The position numbers and the translations under genes were made by a program. DNA of 63,439 nucleotides, filler included, from Octopus bimaculoides (Eukaryota): NCBI RefSeq assembly GCF_001194135.2. It is 6 parts of 6 records of this genome, joined end to end, with 100 filler letters (N's around TTAATTAATTAA, not from the genome) between each part and the next. Parts side by side here need not be neighbours in the genome. Positions count along the whole stretch, not along the records: positions 47,406 to 53,655 come from NC_068991.1; positions 53,756 to 61,058 come from NC_068983.1; positions 61,159 to 63,439 come from NC_068987.1; 3 more parts are not named here. One strand, given 5' to 3'. Of this stretch, positions 52,282 to 63,439 are shown piece by piece; within the stretch, counting starts at the first letter, position 1, and each line of letters starts with the position of its first letter. A model generated the notes under the pieces. It searched no databases and had not been told where the DNA came from. It worked only from the letters and a program-made list of their open reading frames with translations.

Positions 52282-54463
52282 TATTTCAAATTAGCAACGT
52301 TAGAATTTACCTTCAATTTGTTTCTTATTACACATAGACCTAAGCATTCATACAGAAGCATAATAAAATTGTGAAGGTTTATGCTTTTCTCAATGACATT
52401 AAACGCGTAAGGTATTTGATTATCATTTAGTTTTGAATGAGAAGGCTTATAATCACATATATTCCAACTGTGACCAATTCCTCTCTTTATCAGGCAGCTT
52501 CCCTTCTTTTCTTTTAAGTGTGAAGAGTAAAATGGCTTCGCTTTATAATAAATCAAGCTACTACATAGAATCTTCTGAAGTTAGTTTTACCCAGAAGACA
52601 AATCAACCGGCACCGCCGACTAAGGTTTTACTCTAGGAAAACAGTGCTTGCTTACATGAATTTTAATCTAATATTCAGTCTTAGAAATGCATATATATCA
52701 TTTGATTCTCGCCTACAACGCGTTAGACATATATACGATGGGAGAATGTTAGAAGAGTGAAAATTTCAGTGCCAATAGTCTGGATGTATTAAAAGCACGA
52801 CTGTCCATTTATCACCAAATTGTGTAATAGCTAACTTGGCCAGCTAAAATCCTAAAATGGTTGCTAGGCAATAATGAATCTTTGAATAATTAACTCACTT
52901 ATTCCGAATGTGACCATTAGCACCGACAACCTTAATATTCAATGATATTCACCGTTATTTCAACTGTTGAAGGACAGTGCGGATAAAATGTCATTGCTTC
53001 AAGTAAAATAGACTGTCTAGTTTGTATAAACATTTAACTTTACATCATATCAAATATATTGCTATAGATACAGACAATATTTAAGTGCAACTGACTAAAT
53101 CCTCCCAGTGGAATAGACTGAAAGTATTGGAAATTTAACTCTTTGTTACAGCAAATGATATTTTGATGAAAGTTGACCGAGAAAAATTATTTAATTTTCT
53201 CTGTTGGTACTATACATTTCAAATGTGGTGGTTATTAGCAAGCACGTAACACGCACGCGTGCACGCGCACTTTCACACAGAGTGTGCCTGCACACGTATC
53301 CATAAAATAGAATCCGTATATTTTGACGACGCCATAAACATATCATCATGTACGTATAGATGAATATATACACACATGACGTCAGATGATTTTCATAAGC
53401 ATATAGATGTATTTGGGATTGTTCGTGTATGCGTAAATGCGTGTATGTATATATATATATATATTGTATATGCAACTGAGCGAAGGAAAGTAAAAAAAAA
53501 ATGTAGCACTCAATGCATCTAATATCTGAGGAACGTGACCTGCGTTCACGATAATACAGAACTGAGTCAAACTCTTATTAAAAAAAGGTATATGAATGTG
53601 TGCGTGTTTGTATGTACCCCTCGGGGTCAGCCACATTTAAGTGGCAACTATACTTNNNNNNNNNNNNNNNNNNNNNNNNNNNNNNNNNNNNNNNNNNNNT
53701 TAATTAATTAANNNNNNNNNNNNNNNNNNNNNNNNNNNNNNNNNNNNNNNNNNNNCTTACAATTTTTGTGAGACGCTGCGTTCAATCATGTAAAAACAAA
53801 AGTAAATGAGTATATGCATATATACGTACAGGTATGTGCATACCGACATCCACCTGTATGTATAGGTGCATATCTGGGTACAGGACATTGCAAACAAACG
53901 TAGACGAGAACACACGAGCCACATAGAGAACATTCTACTTCATCAGCTACCCACGTTTTAACACCGGCGTTTCGACGAGCTTCGGGCAGGACGCAACGTT
54001 AAAACGGCTATGCACACACACATACATACAAACACATATACACAGACATATACACACAAACACACACATACAGACATATACGAATACATCCACAAACACA
54101 TATATTTTGATATTTCTTTGCCTTTCATCTTTTCGGGGTCGATAAAATAAGTACCAGTTGAATACTGAGATCCATGTAATCGATATAATATTATATATAT
54201 GTGTGTGTATGTGTGTCTGTGTATGTATGTGTGAATGTATGTATATATGTATATGTTTTCACTTCAGTATGTATGTATACATATATATCATCATCATCAT
54301 CATCATCATGATCCAGTGTTTTAAATCCTGGTTTTATCCCCGTTAACGGAGGTAGCCGGATCTACCTCAATGCCATCGCAACCGCCCTCACACCATATGT
54401 ATGTATAAGTAAAACGCAAACTCAAACGCGCATACCCGCGCACACAATACAAACACACACACA

Positions 54464-54515
<52 letters not shown>

Positions 54516-55339
54516 TATTACTGATACACACATCGACGCAATGCATACATTCAGCCCACATGATCAGTGGACTTCCTGGAAATAACTGTCAAATCTCATT
54601 CAAATCACACCCTACTGTGTTTAAAAACATAGTATACACTAGATCATACAGCCAGTCTTATACAAGCTTTAAAGGGAGGATGGTCACTTTTGAAATGCCT
54701 TTCATCATAGACTTGCTGAATCAAGCTTTTACCCGGATTCAATGCCCACAACATCAACAACAACAATAATATCTCATGCACACTAGCCATAATAATCCCC
54801 AGCACACGTCGATAGTTCAGATTTTTGCCTAGTTTCCAATTTATGCGCCGAATCTCAGCACAAGATCGCATACATACAGCACTCCCCACCACGCACATAC
54901 AATTATGCATATACACGTACGCTCACGCATATGCGTACACAAACATGTTGACACACATATACACATAGACTGACCGAAATACAACGCGTTGATGCGAACC
55001 TATTTCATGCTCTATTAATTCAGAAAGTAGAAAAGCCAGCGGATGACGAGTGAGTCATAAGTCAGCTATTTGTCTTGGATTGTTCCTCACTCTTACGGCC
55101 TGACCTCAGCCTGTGGCATTTCGGATGAGAATTTGTTATAGGTTCTCTCTGAGTCAGCAATAATAGAGGAAATTCCGGAAGAACGGAATTAAAAACCATT
55201 CGATCTCAGCACTCTGTCTATTGATTTTTGAAATAAATCGATATAGCAAATGGTACAACATCGTTACATTAGTCGTATTAGTAACTGTGTACGTAACTGG
55301 AATGTCAGTCACTAGTGAAACAAAACGTTGAGACGTTAC

Positions 55340-55963
55340 ACCTGTTACTAGTGACACAGGTTGATGTGACAGTATGTCTATCACTAATGACACAAGATGT
55401 AACAATATATATCTGCTACTAGTGAGACAAGATGTAACAGTATATATCTGTTACTAGTAACATAAGAGGCTGTAACAGAATATATTTGTTACTAGTAACA
55501 CAAAGTAGTGTGACGGTGTATTTGTTACTAGTTACTGTAACAATATATATCTGTTACTAGTGAGACAAGATGTAACAGTATATATCTGTTACTAGTAACA
55601 TAAGAGGCTGTGNNNNNNNNNNNNNNNNNNNNNNNNNNNNNNNNNNNNNNNNNNNNNNNNNNNNNNNNNNNNNNNNNNNNNNNNNNNNNNNNNNNNNNNN
55701 NCTACTAGTGAGACAAGATGTAACAGTATATATCTGTTACTAGTAACATAAGAGGCTGTGACAGAATATATTTGTTACTAGTAACACAAAGTAATGTGAC
55801 GGTGTGTTTGTTACTAGTTACACGGGATAGTGCTACGGTATATATCTGTTACTAGTGACACATAGTGTAACATTATATATCTGTTACTTATAACACAGGA
55901 TTGTATTCATAGTATTGTATAATTGTTACTAGTAACTCAAAATAGTGTAACGGTATATATCTG
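55340..55963. repeat. Palindromic 29-42-bp minisatellite (CTGTTACTAGTAAC core), about 15 units
   Basis: ACTAGT-type core at 55347, 55383, 55418, 55453, 55491, 55527, 55556, 55591, 55704, 55739, 55777, 55813, 55851, 55886 and 55928, with variable intervening sequence. Confidence 0.9.
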
Positions 55964-56309
55964 GGTACTTTTTGGTTATCTCATCACCATTAAAAAATTG
56001 GGTTACGAGAAATATCGGTACTTTTGGTCATCTCCCTCAACTAAAAAAAAATTGTTTAACCTTCAATAAAACAAAAAAAAAAGTGAAAAAATTAAACATC
56101 TGACTGAATCTAATAACATTTTTATAACGAATCATAGCATTCCTATTGAGGAGGCCAAACGTCAACAACGTGTTGAAGTATTGAATCAAAAGGATCTAAC
56201 TCTTTTAATCCAAACTCTAGTTGCCACATAAACTCGATTTTTTAGTAGGGAGATAACGCAATTTTTTAATGGCAATTTTTTAATGGAGGTGAGATAACCA
56301 AAAAGTACC
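55964..56309. mobile_element. 346-bp MITE with 8-bp TSD (Merlin-like or hAT-like)
   Basis: TIR GGTACTTTTTGGTTATCTC…CCATTAAAAAATTG / CAATTTTTTAATGG…GAGATAACCAAAAAGTACC. TSD TATATCTG at 55956-55963 and 56310-56317. There is an internal second TIR-like sub-repeat. Confidence 0.85.
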
Positions 56310-56619
56310 TATATCTGTTACTGTTTGGCACAAGATGGTGTGGCACTTTGAGTTCAAAATCCTGCTATGGCTGATTTCGCCTTTCATCTTTCAATAAATT
56401 AAATAAGAGTCAAATAGTTGGACGCACTTAATCCCCTGTCCTCGCCCCACCTACAGACTTTGTGGTTTTGCTCCTGACTTAATTATTTCTAAGGTTGTAG
56501 CCCAGATATTTTTAGAGAACATTAAACTCCAAAAATCTCACTAGAATGTTCCAACTGAGCGTTAACCGCATCAGTCGCACCCGTTTAGGAAGGTTACAAA
56601 TTTATGAATACATTACCCA

Positions 56620-56912
56620 TCTCCTCTCCTGCCTTGGGTCCGTCTTGACTCTACAGAATTATTAGGCCGGACTTATCCAGGTGTGTGTGTCGTATAAGCG
56701 ACGAAAATTATGATATTTCCCTCTGAACGGGAGGTCAGCCGCTACAGCGTAAACTCCCAACTGTTGCTGTAACTCATTTTCATCTGACTGAACTGAAGCC
56801 GCGTAAAATGATGTGCTTTGGTTTAAAAACACAACACAACTCACTGCTCACTCGAGGGATCGAGATCACGACGCTGCGATCAGGAGTCTAACACCCTAAC
56901 CACAAGGCCACT
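56620..56912 (-). mobile_element. Decayed tRNA-headed SINE (CORE-like)
   Basis: Reverse complement starts GTGGCCTTGTGGTTAGGGTGTTAGACTCCTGATCGC…GATCTCGATCCC (A/B-box-like), then GTGTTGTGTTTTT…TTCAGTTCAGTCAG. Confidence 0.5.
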
Positions 56913-57464
56913 TCTTTATAACTTATAAATAATTTCAAATTTTAGAACAAAACCAATTTTGAGGGGAGGAAGTATATATGGAGATATGAATGTACGCCGA
57001 GCTTCCGTACAGTTTCAGTCTACCAAAATCACTCACAAAAATCGGTCGGCCCGAGGCTATTTTAGGAGACACTTGCTCAAGGTGCCGCTCACTAGAACTG
57101 AGTAAGAATCATTTGATCGCAAAGAGAACTCCTAAACCATGTTTACGCCTATGCAGTCTAAAGTTTTAATTATTATAATTGCTATTATAATTAATAAGGC
57201 AGCGAGCTGACAAAATCATTAGTGAGTCATGCAAAATACTTAGCAGCGTTTCTTCAGGCATTGCGATCCGGGTTCAGTCACCGCTGAGGTCATCTTTGTC
57301 TTTCATCTCTTCGAGGCCTATAAAATAAAAATCAGTCCAGCCCTGCGATCAATGTAACCGACGAGCCATCTCCCCCAGAATTTCAGGCTTTGTGCCAAAA
57401 GCAGAAAAAATTATTTTGATTATTAGGAGAATATTATAGTTCGCTTGAAGCATTGTGTATTGTA

Positions 57465-58185
57465 TATGAAATATAACGTGTCTTGAATTGCACAACAATG
57501 CAGAATTGACTATAATAACTGTTATAATTTAATTATCCATAGTCTGATATAATAATAATATTTCGGAATGGGGCGCAATGGCCCAGTGGTTAGGGCAGCG
57601 GACTCGCGGTCATAGGATCGGGGTTTCGATTCCCAGACCGGGCGTTGTGAGTGTTTATTGAGCGAAAACACCTAAAGCTCCGCGAGGCTCCGGCAGGGGA
57701 TGGTGGCGAACCCTGCTGTACTCTTTCACCACAACTTTCTCTCACTCTTACTTCCTGTTTCTGTTGTGCCTGTAATTCAAAGGGCCAGCCTTGTCACACT
57801 GTGTCACGCTGAATATCCCCGAGAACTACATTAAGGGTATACGTGTCTGTGGAGTGCTCAGTCACTTTCACGTTAATTTCACGAGCAGGCTGTTCTGTTG
57901 ATCGGATCAACTGGAACCCTCGACGTCGTAAGCGACGGAGTGCCAACAACAATTTCTAAATACAAAACTTCCTTCATCAGATATTGCTAGGAATTGATTG
58001 AGTCACTGCTATAATCGGTTTTACAATGGTTACTGAAATTTTTTTTCCGGAAGCGTCTCTGCAGTGGTCTCACGAAGTTCTCGGAAATATTATTATATCA
58101 GACTATGGATAATTAAATTATAACAGTTATTATAGTCCACTCTGCATTGTTGTGCCATTCAAAACAAGCGTTATATTTTTATAAT
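57465..58185. mobile_element. Fold-back/MITE-like element with ~100-bp inverted arms, containing a SINE
   Basis: 57508-57557 is the exact reverse complement of 58088-58137 (50 bp). Similarity extends over ~57465-57566 vs ~58080-58185. Confidence 0.8.
57570..57951 (+). mobile_element. Full-length SINE family D
   Basis: GGCGCAATGGCCCAGTGGTTAGGGCAGCGGACTCGCGGTCATAGGATCGGGGTTTCGATTCCCAGACC…GACGGAGTGCCAACAAC; highly similar to 38230-38615. Confidence 0.9.
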
Positions 58186-58377
58186 TATTTACATGGGTCT
58201 TCTTCTCAACTCTGCGGGCTCCGGACGATGTATCACCTCAAACACCACTACCCTGTGTGGGCCCCGTTAATTTCTTTAATATGATCCGTATCTCTCCAGT
58301 ATAAAAGTTTTAACATTATATAAACTTTTCAATGATTTATTATGACAGTTCCATATTTTTCTGAAATTATTTATTCC

Positions 58378-58900
58378 GAGGCATTGCTGCGTGATAAATA
58401 ACCTGCTTCCCAACTACATGGTTCCGGGTTCAGTCCCATTGCGTGGCACCTTGGGCAAGTGTCTTCTACTGTAGCCTCTGATCGACCAAAGCCTTGTGAG
58501 TGAATTTGGCAGACGAAAACTGTGTTCCTTTCTGTGGAAGAGCGTAGGCTCGAAACGTAAAAGACTATCTCACTTCCCCAGCGTTAAGCTAATACATCTG
58601 TTTGTTGTTTACACACCCATCTTCGTCTTTTGTTTTTTTTGTAAATTCTCACTATATAAGTATATAGGTGTGTGTGTGTGAGTGTGTCTGTGTCTGTGTT
58701 TGTCCTCCACCACTGCTTGACAACCGGTGTTGTTGTATTTACGTCTACCGTAACTTAGCGGTTCGGTAAAGAGACCGATAGAATAAGCACCAGGCTTTAA
58801 AGAACAAATAAATACCGGGGGTAGATTCATTCATCTAAAAGTTCTTTAAGGCGGTGCCCCAGCATGGTCGCGGTCTAATGATTGAAACATGTAAAAGATA
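58378..58900 (+). mobile_element. Full-length SINE family B interrupted by a Penelope-like terminal fragment (58521-58655)
   Basis: tRNA head and CCTTGGGCAAGT CORE-like block to 58522, then the insert shared with 39860-40030, then the family B 3' half. Confidence 0.75.
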
Positions 58901-59211
58901 ATTCTTGATGCATATATGAAAGACACCAAAACGTTGTTTATGTTCTAATATAAGTACTTGGTGTTTTTCTTAACAGTTCATCAAACTTAAATATAAAAGA
59001 TGAACTTTGTATTAAATTTATTAAACCAACAAAATCACACAAACTGCTGATATTGATCGTTCTAGTGACGCAAAATGAAAATATGAACTTTCGAGGTATA
59101 GAAGGTGATGGCGTATTCGAAAATATAGATATCGATCTTTCTTTTGTAGGGGAAGATAGGAACGGTGTGATAGTACCAGAGTAAATTCTTTGTGATATTC
59201 AGCTATGTTCA

Positions 59212-59420
59212 AGGTGACGAGCTGGCAGAAGCGTTAGTTCGCCGGACAAAATGCTTCGTGGCGTTTTGTCCTTTACGTTCGGTGTTCAAATTCCACCGAG
59301 GTTGACTTAGCCTTTCATTCTTTCAGTCTCGCTGAAATAACTATCAATTGAATATTGGGATCAATGTAATCGACTAGCCCCCTCTCCCAAAATATCAAGC
59401 CTTGTGCCTACAGTAGAAAA
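59212..59420 (+). mobile_element. SINE family A
   Basis: AGGTGACGAGCTGGCAGAAGCGTTAG…GGTGTTCAAATTCCACCGAGGTTGAC…AAGCCTTGTGCCTACAGTAGAA. Confidence 0.8.
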
Positions 59421-59520
59421 TATATATCTAGCTCTGCTCTTTTTATATTGTGGGTTCAAGTCTCGACGATGTCTTCTTTGTATTTCATCTTTCTGGTGTC
59501 GATAAAATAAGTACCAGACA

Positions 59521-60421
59521 TGCGAGCTCTGATCAATAAGTATCTGGACAGTTGCCATAGTAACGAAGCTAAAGCACGCAGAGTAAAGTCCCTTGGCAAA
59601 GATTGACTTTTGACTCTGCTGAGCTAGAACACTAAGTTTTAATGTTCTAGCTCACTTCCGCTGTTTACAAGCAATGCATGGGACGAAGGTGTGTGGCGAG
59701 TGATCGTCGCATTGAGCGTGACAGAGAAAGTTGTCATGGTGATACCTGCTTAGAGGTCTACGCAAAGTTGCAGAAAGTGTATGGAGAGGAGTGTATGAGC
59801 TGCACACAAGTGCATGAGTGGTTCAGACGTTTTCAAGATGGCCGAAAAAATGTCGATAATGACGAACCTTGTAGGAGACCTGCAACCAGTAGAACTGAGA
59901 AAAACATCGCAGATGTGCGTACAGCTGTGAGGGGAAATCGTCGAATAACCATCCGTGAGTTATTAGAGGATGTGCAGATTAGTTACGGTTCAGTTCAGTC
60001 CATTATCACTGAAGATTTGGGTATGAGACGTGTGTCTGCCAAGTTTGTGCCAAAACTGCTTTCAGCAGACCAAAAAGACACTCGGGTTTCAGTTGCACAA
60101 GATTTCCTTGATTGTGTCGGGAACGATGAAAAACCTTTTGAAAGCTTTACAAAGGCCTCTGAGCAGAGATCGCCAAGCTTTTGGCAGAATTTTATGCAGA
60201 TTCTCTGCTCAACTTTCTCTGTCATGGTCAATGCGACGATCACACGCTACACTCGTTCCTTCAAAGCATTGCTGTAAAAAGCAGAACTGAGATAGAACTT
60301 TAAAACTTAATGCGCATGCACAACAGAGTTCAAAGTCAATCCGTTTTAAGTGGCTTCACTCTGCATTCTTTAGGTTCGTTACTATGGCTACAGTCCGGAT
60401 ACTTATTGATTACACCACGTA
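59521..60421. mobile_element. Mariner derivative with two inverted left ends; encodes only the bipartite HTH DNA-binding region
   Basis: Plus-strand ORF …YGEECMSCTQVHEWFRRFQDGRKNVDNDE…ITIRELLEDVQISYGSVQSIITEDLGMRRVSAKFVPKLL. 60140-60421 is an inverted copy of the left TIR, 5' UTR and ORF start (MTEKVEQRICIKFCQKLG). TA follows the right end. Confidence 0.85.
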
Positions 60422-60675
60422 TATTGTGAAAAGCTGTAGGCATGGTGGTGTATTAAGACGTTCACTTTGTAACTAGATATGTCATATTTGCTACGACGTA
60501 TCCCTACTTTACAAGCATATTTTGTGGAAAAAGCAAATTTAATGTTTCATCATACTCGTACGTTCGGTATCCCATCCCGAAATGACTAAGTTGATAGAAA
60601 CTTCGAGAGATCGAGTATTCCAGCGCTCATCACTTTTCCCTAAACACTTGTACACGTTTTAATTATATATGGCCT

Positions 60676-60778
60676 GGCACGACGAGGGTTCCAGTTGATC
60701 CGATCAACCGGTCAGCCTGCTCATGAAATTAATGTGCAAGCGTCTGAGCACTCCGCAGACATGTATATCCTTAACATA
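60676..60778 (-). mobile_element. SINE family D, 3' fragment
   Basis: GGCACGACGAGGGTTCCAGTTGATCCGATCAAC…GAGCACTCCGCAGACATG is the reverse complement of the family D 3' domain. Confidence 0.75.
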
Positions 60779-63139
60779 CGAGAAATGTGACTAGGCGGGC
60801 CTTTCAATTACAGGTAAAACTCTTTTTTTTTTTTGTCTGCTGAGGTGACTGGAGCAACGAGAAATAAGAGGATAAAACGCGCCGCCGGGGATTTTGTGAT
60901 TGTGAGTCACATGCCTTTGTACCTTGTTTATCTTTTTGTCCATGTTTTTTTGCAACGTCATGTACCCGGATATGTATCTATATGTACATGTAGATGAAGG
61001 TATGTACATACATGTACATATATATGCATATACTCATATATTATTTGTATATATGTATNNNNNNNNNNNNNNNNNNNNNNNNNNNNNNNNNNNNNNNNNN
61101 NNTTAATTAATTAANNNNNNNNNNNNNNNNNNNNNNNNNNNNNNNNNNNNNNNNNNNNATATATATATTTATATATATATATACACACACGATGGGCTTC
61201 TTTCAGTTTCCATCAACCAAATCCACTAAAAAGGCTTTGCTTGGCCCGAGGCTATTGTAGAAGACACCTACCTAAGTTGGCACGCAGTAGGGCTGAACCC
61301 GGTACCATGTGGTAGGGAAACATTTTAGAAATATTTTAGAAAATAACGTGTAATTGCGTGACGTTAATGTGTAGAAGTGTTGTGTTATAGATGTGTATAA
61401 CACTGTTGTAATACAATAGTACTTTGGTGTAATAGGTAGAGTTTCATTTTAGTTTTGTGTACATTCTATATCTTATAATGCTATGAAATAGACCAGAAAT
61501 AACCGATGCGCTTTAGATATATTGTGTACGCTGCAAAAACCGTCTTGTTATTCCCAGTTGGAATTGCTTCACATATATCAATAACACTTTTAGGAACCAA
61601 TAACAGAGCCTGAGTATGATTGCTCGCCCTACTAGAAACAGTAGCCAACTCCACCCCATGAAATTACACTATAGCGTCACAGAAAGTGGAAGGACAGATC
61701 TTGATAATGTCGCAGATGCGCAATACTGGTGAAAGGGACGAGCCGGTCGTAGCTAGAACGCCTGTGACCATAGGTCCGCTCAGTTGGGGCTATTCTGGCA
61801 GGAAACTCTGTTTCATCATCTCTAAGACTTTATGAGGGAGTCTATTCGGTTTCGAACATTAGTATTACACATTTCTAATACTAACGGTGGTGTTGGTCTG
61901 GAAGTAGCATTAGTGTATGTCACGCAAATGCATTTACGTTCTTAGTTCAAATCTGATCGAGGTCAACGATGCCTTTAAACTCTCTTGCATTTCGACTGAG
62001 TTCTTCAGTTGACATTCGTCAGACAGTGAATTGATAAAAAAAAATGAAGTAGGGCATCGCTATAAATTTGCATTTGTGGTATTTGTTCCGGCTTTGTGGT
62101 ATTTGTTCCGGCTCTCTGAGCTCTGAATTGAAATCCCAACTAGATGTCAATTTTGCCTTTCATAAAGAGGTTGATTCCTCTCTCTCTCTTTCCCTCTCTC
62201 TCTCTCCTCCCTCTCCCTTCCATCCCATCTTTCTGTGTGTATTATCCTCATCTCTCTCCACCAGGTTTGATCTGGTCAAACAGGAAGTTGGTCAAAGATG
62301 TCTCAACCGTGACCACCTCATCTAGAAACAGGGCAGCTAGGATTACATTATCTAAAGGGCCTTTCTTTCCTTCTTTCTTTTTCGTTCATTCTTTCTTTCT
62401 GTCGTTTTTCGTTCATTCTTTGTTTCTTTCTTTCTTTTCAACGACTGTTGAGAATGATTTGCAGGAGAACTTTTGACTCTTAATTCTAGCAATCCAGCCA
62501 ACACTATAAGATCATAGAGGCTCACACTTTGTTGTGTCGGCCTCAGTTTCGTCATATCGCATGTGTTCAATTTGTTTCGGTAAGTTTGAATTTAGCGTGA
62601 AATTAAGAAAAATAATAGATATATCCTGCTTATAAAAAATTAAGTCACTCGTGAACTTGCTTTTCTTATGTAGTTCCTGTATTTATCAGGAGGTGTTTGA
62701 TATATTTCGTTCATATTGGATCGACTGCTTTCTAACACGTGTACTGTTACAAACGCAAAGTTCCGAAACAAATTTTGGTAATTAAATAATTTATGCTTTC
62801 TTGCATTGTTGTTTTTTGTTATTATTTTCATTATTTTGTCTTTCTTTTTCTTTTTTCTTTTATACACTTTTACTCTGGTGTTGTTAAATTTTACGTCGGT
62901 ACACACCCTTTCGATTGCTTTTTGTTTTGTTTTTGTTTTCGGTCATATATATAGATATATGTTACACACACACACACACATACAAACATATATGTATATA
63001 TATGCATGTGTGTGCATGTCTATATATATATATATGTGTGTGTGTGTGTTTTACGTTTATCAGTTAGTTTTGAAAGATTCCTGATGTGAAATCGTCTGTT
63101 GAAACAGATATTGTTGTATTTCGGGATGGTAATTTTATT

Positions 63140-63165
63140 TATTTATTTATTTATTATTATTATTA

Positions 63166-63226
<61 letters not shown>
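63140..63226. repeat. (ATT)n microsatellite
   Basis: Directly visible. Confidence 0.95.
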
Positions 63227-63439
63227 TTTATTTCATTTACTTATTTTGGGCCAAATAAACATACGCACTATATTTACTTAGTCGAGCAAGAAAACACACG
63301 GAAACGAAAAGTGTCGCTGAAGAGGTCACAGATGTGTGATGAAAGATTTCTGGACAATGGACAGACGTTAAAATAAGAAAATAACAGTTATAAAAGAGTG
63401 AAGAAAAAAATATACGTATATATATATATATATATATAT

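Noticed and set aside
53940-54010. Hammerhead-like arrangement on the minus strand (GCGTC-CTGCCCGA…GAAACGC; separate CTGATGA)
   Set aside because: The core deviates too much, there is no convincing stem II, and the canonical CTGATGA is not positioned to complete a fold. It is probably a decayed Penelope-like end.
55340-55963. CRISPR-like look of the repeat/variable-spacer array
   Set aside because: The spacers are homologous to each other and recur, unit length varies from 29 to 42 bp, there are no cas genes, and the context is eukaryotic.

Overview
AT-rich, microsatellite-saturated eukaryotic draft-scaffold sequence with about 6 kb (~10%) of N gaps. The repeat content (several tRNA-headed SINE families, RTE, Dong/R4-like and Penelope retroelements, mariner, Helitron) looks like an octopus genome; this is my inference, not a database result. 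Most ORFs in the supplied track are microsatellite or gap artefacts. The best-supported gene is a small multi-exon minus-strand gene at ~18.6-22.7 kb, with canonical, phase-compatible splice sites and a predicted 147-aa protein I do not recognise. A second candidate is an unexplained GC-richer 132-140 codon ORF at 43.7-44.2 kb. The rest is decayed mobile DNA, some with unusual architecture: a Helitron carrying a Merlin/IS1595-like transposase fragment, a mariner with two inverted left ends, an internally deleted RTE, a palindromic minisatellite interrupted by an 8-bp-TSD MITE, perfect hairpins and two minimal hammerhead-like motifs. I found no CRISPR array, rRNA or bona fide tRNA gene. No single new biological system is demonstrated; the findings are leads to check.
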